Shown piece after piece: positions 63,786-64,000 of a DNA stretch of 64,000 nt. The translations under genes were made by a program, and so were the position numbers. The notes beneath the pieces are model-generated. The model searched no databases. It was not told the origin of the DNA and worked only from the letters and a program-made list of their open reading frames with translations. Each line of letters opens with the position of its first letter. Position 1 is the first letter of the stretch. This stretch comes from an uncultured delta proteobacterium (GTDB taxonomy: Bacteria > Desulfobacterota > Desulfomonilia > UBA1062), in contig CAWAUM010000010.1 of the NCBI GenBank assembly GCA_963785235.1, forward strand, positions 64,001-128,000. Reading direction: 5' to 3'.

Positions 63786-64000
63786 CAAATTATCCCTCCT
63801 GTCAACCGATATCCAAATTCCTGGTCTTTTTTTCCAAGATTTTTTGAAGCTCTCCGGAAATCCAGAACGGGATCATGGATATCCGGCAGGGGTTTGGGGA
63901 TCAGGACTAGAAAGGGATGAACAATAAGAGGACAGAATTATTTTTCACAATGCCAAAAGACTATTGATGCAATTCTATCCAGTAGAGGGCCTCATCAGGG

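Overview
A 64-kb chromosomal segment of an anaerobic bacterium. Gene content (HgdA-type dehydratase, DUF362, DUF3795, a giant PAS kinase, a Liv-type ABC/acyl-CoA ligase operon) suggests Desulfobacterota/deltaproteobacteria, probably a fatty-acid or lipid degrader; this is inference. It carries housekeeping loci (yebC-ruvCAB, recCBD, aspartokinase, pfkA, nnr, cyclophilin), an orphan motAB, c-di-GMP proteins (2 PilZ, 1 PAS-GGDEF), two HDAC-family deacylases, a 12-PAS hybrid kinase, several lipoproteins and a TetR-controlled operon. Many genes are split by single-base indels, often at homopolymers, which looks like uncorrected long-read error; the apparent 1052-aa ligase-dehydratase fusion is probably one such artefact. 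No CRISPR array, rRNA, tRNA or intact transposase was recognised. Most unusual signals: two different palindromic REP-like elements sitting in frame inside recC and recB; a brnT toxin reduced to 30 codons by an in-frame deletion, flanked by GGG(A/T)CAG-type repeats; two coupled small ORFs rich in aspartate-family residues plus a long-range stem ahead of aspartokinase; and a TetR operon with a 37-bp operator and a cyclase/hydratase-like membrane protein. All family assignments come from reading motifs by eye; no searches were run.
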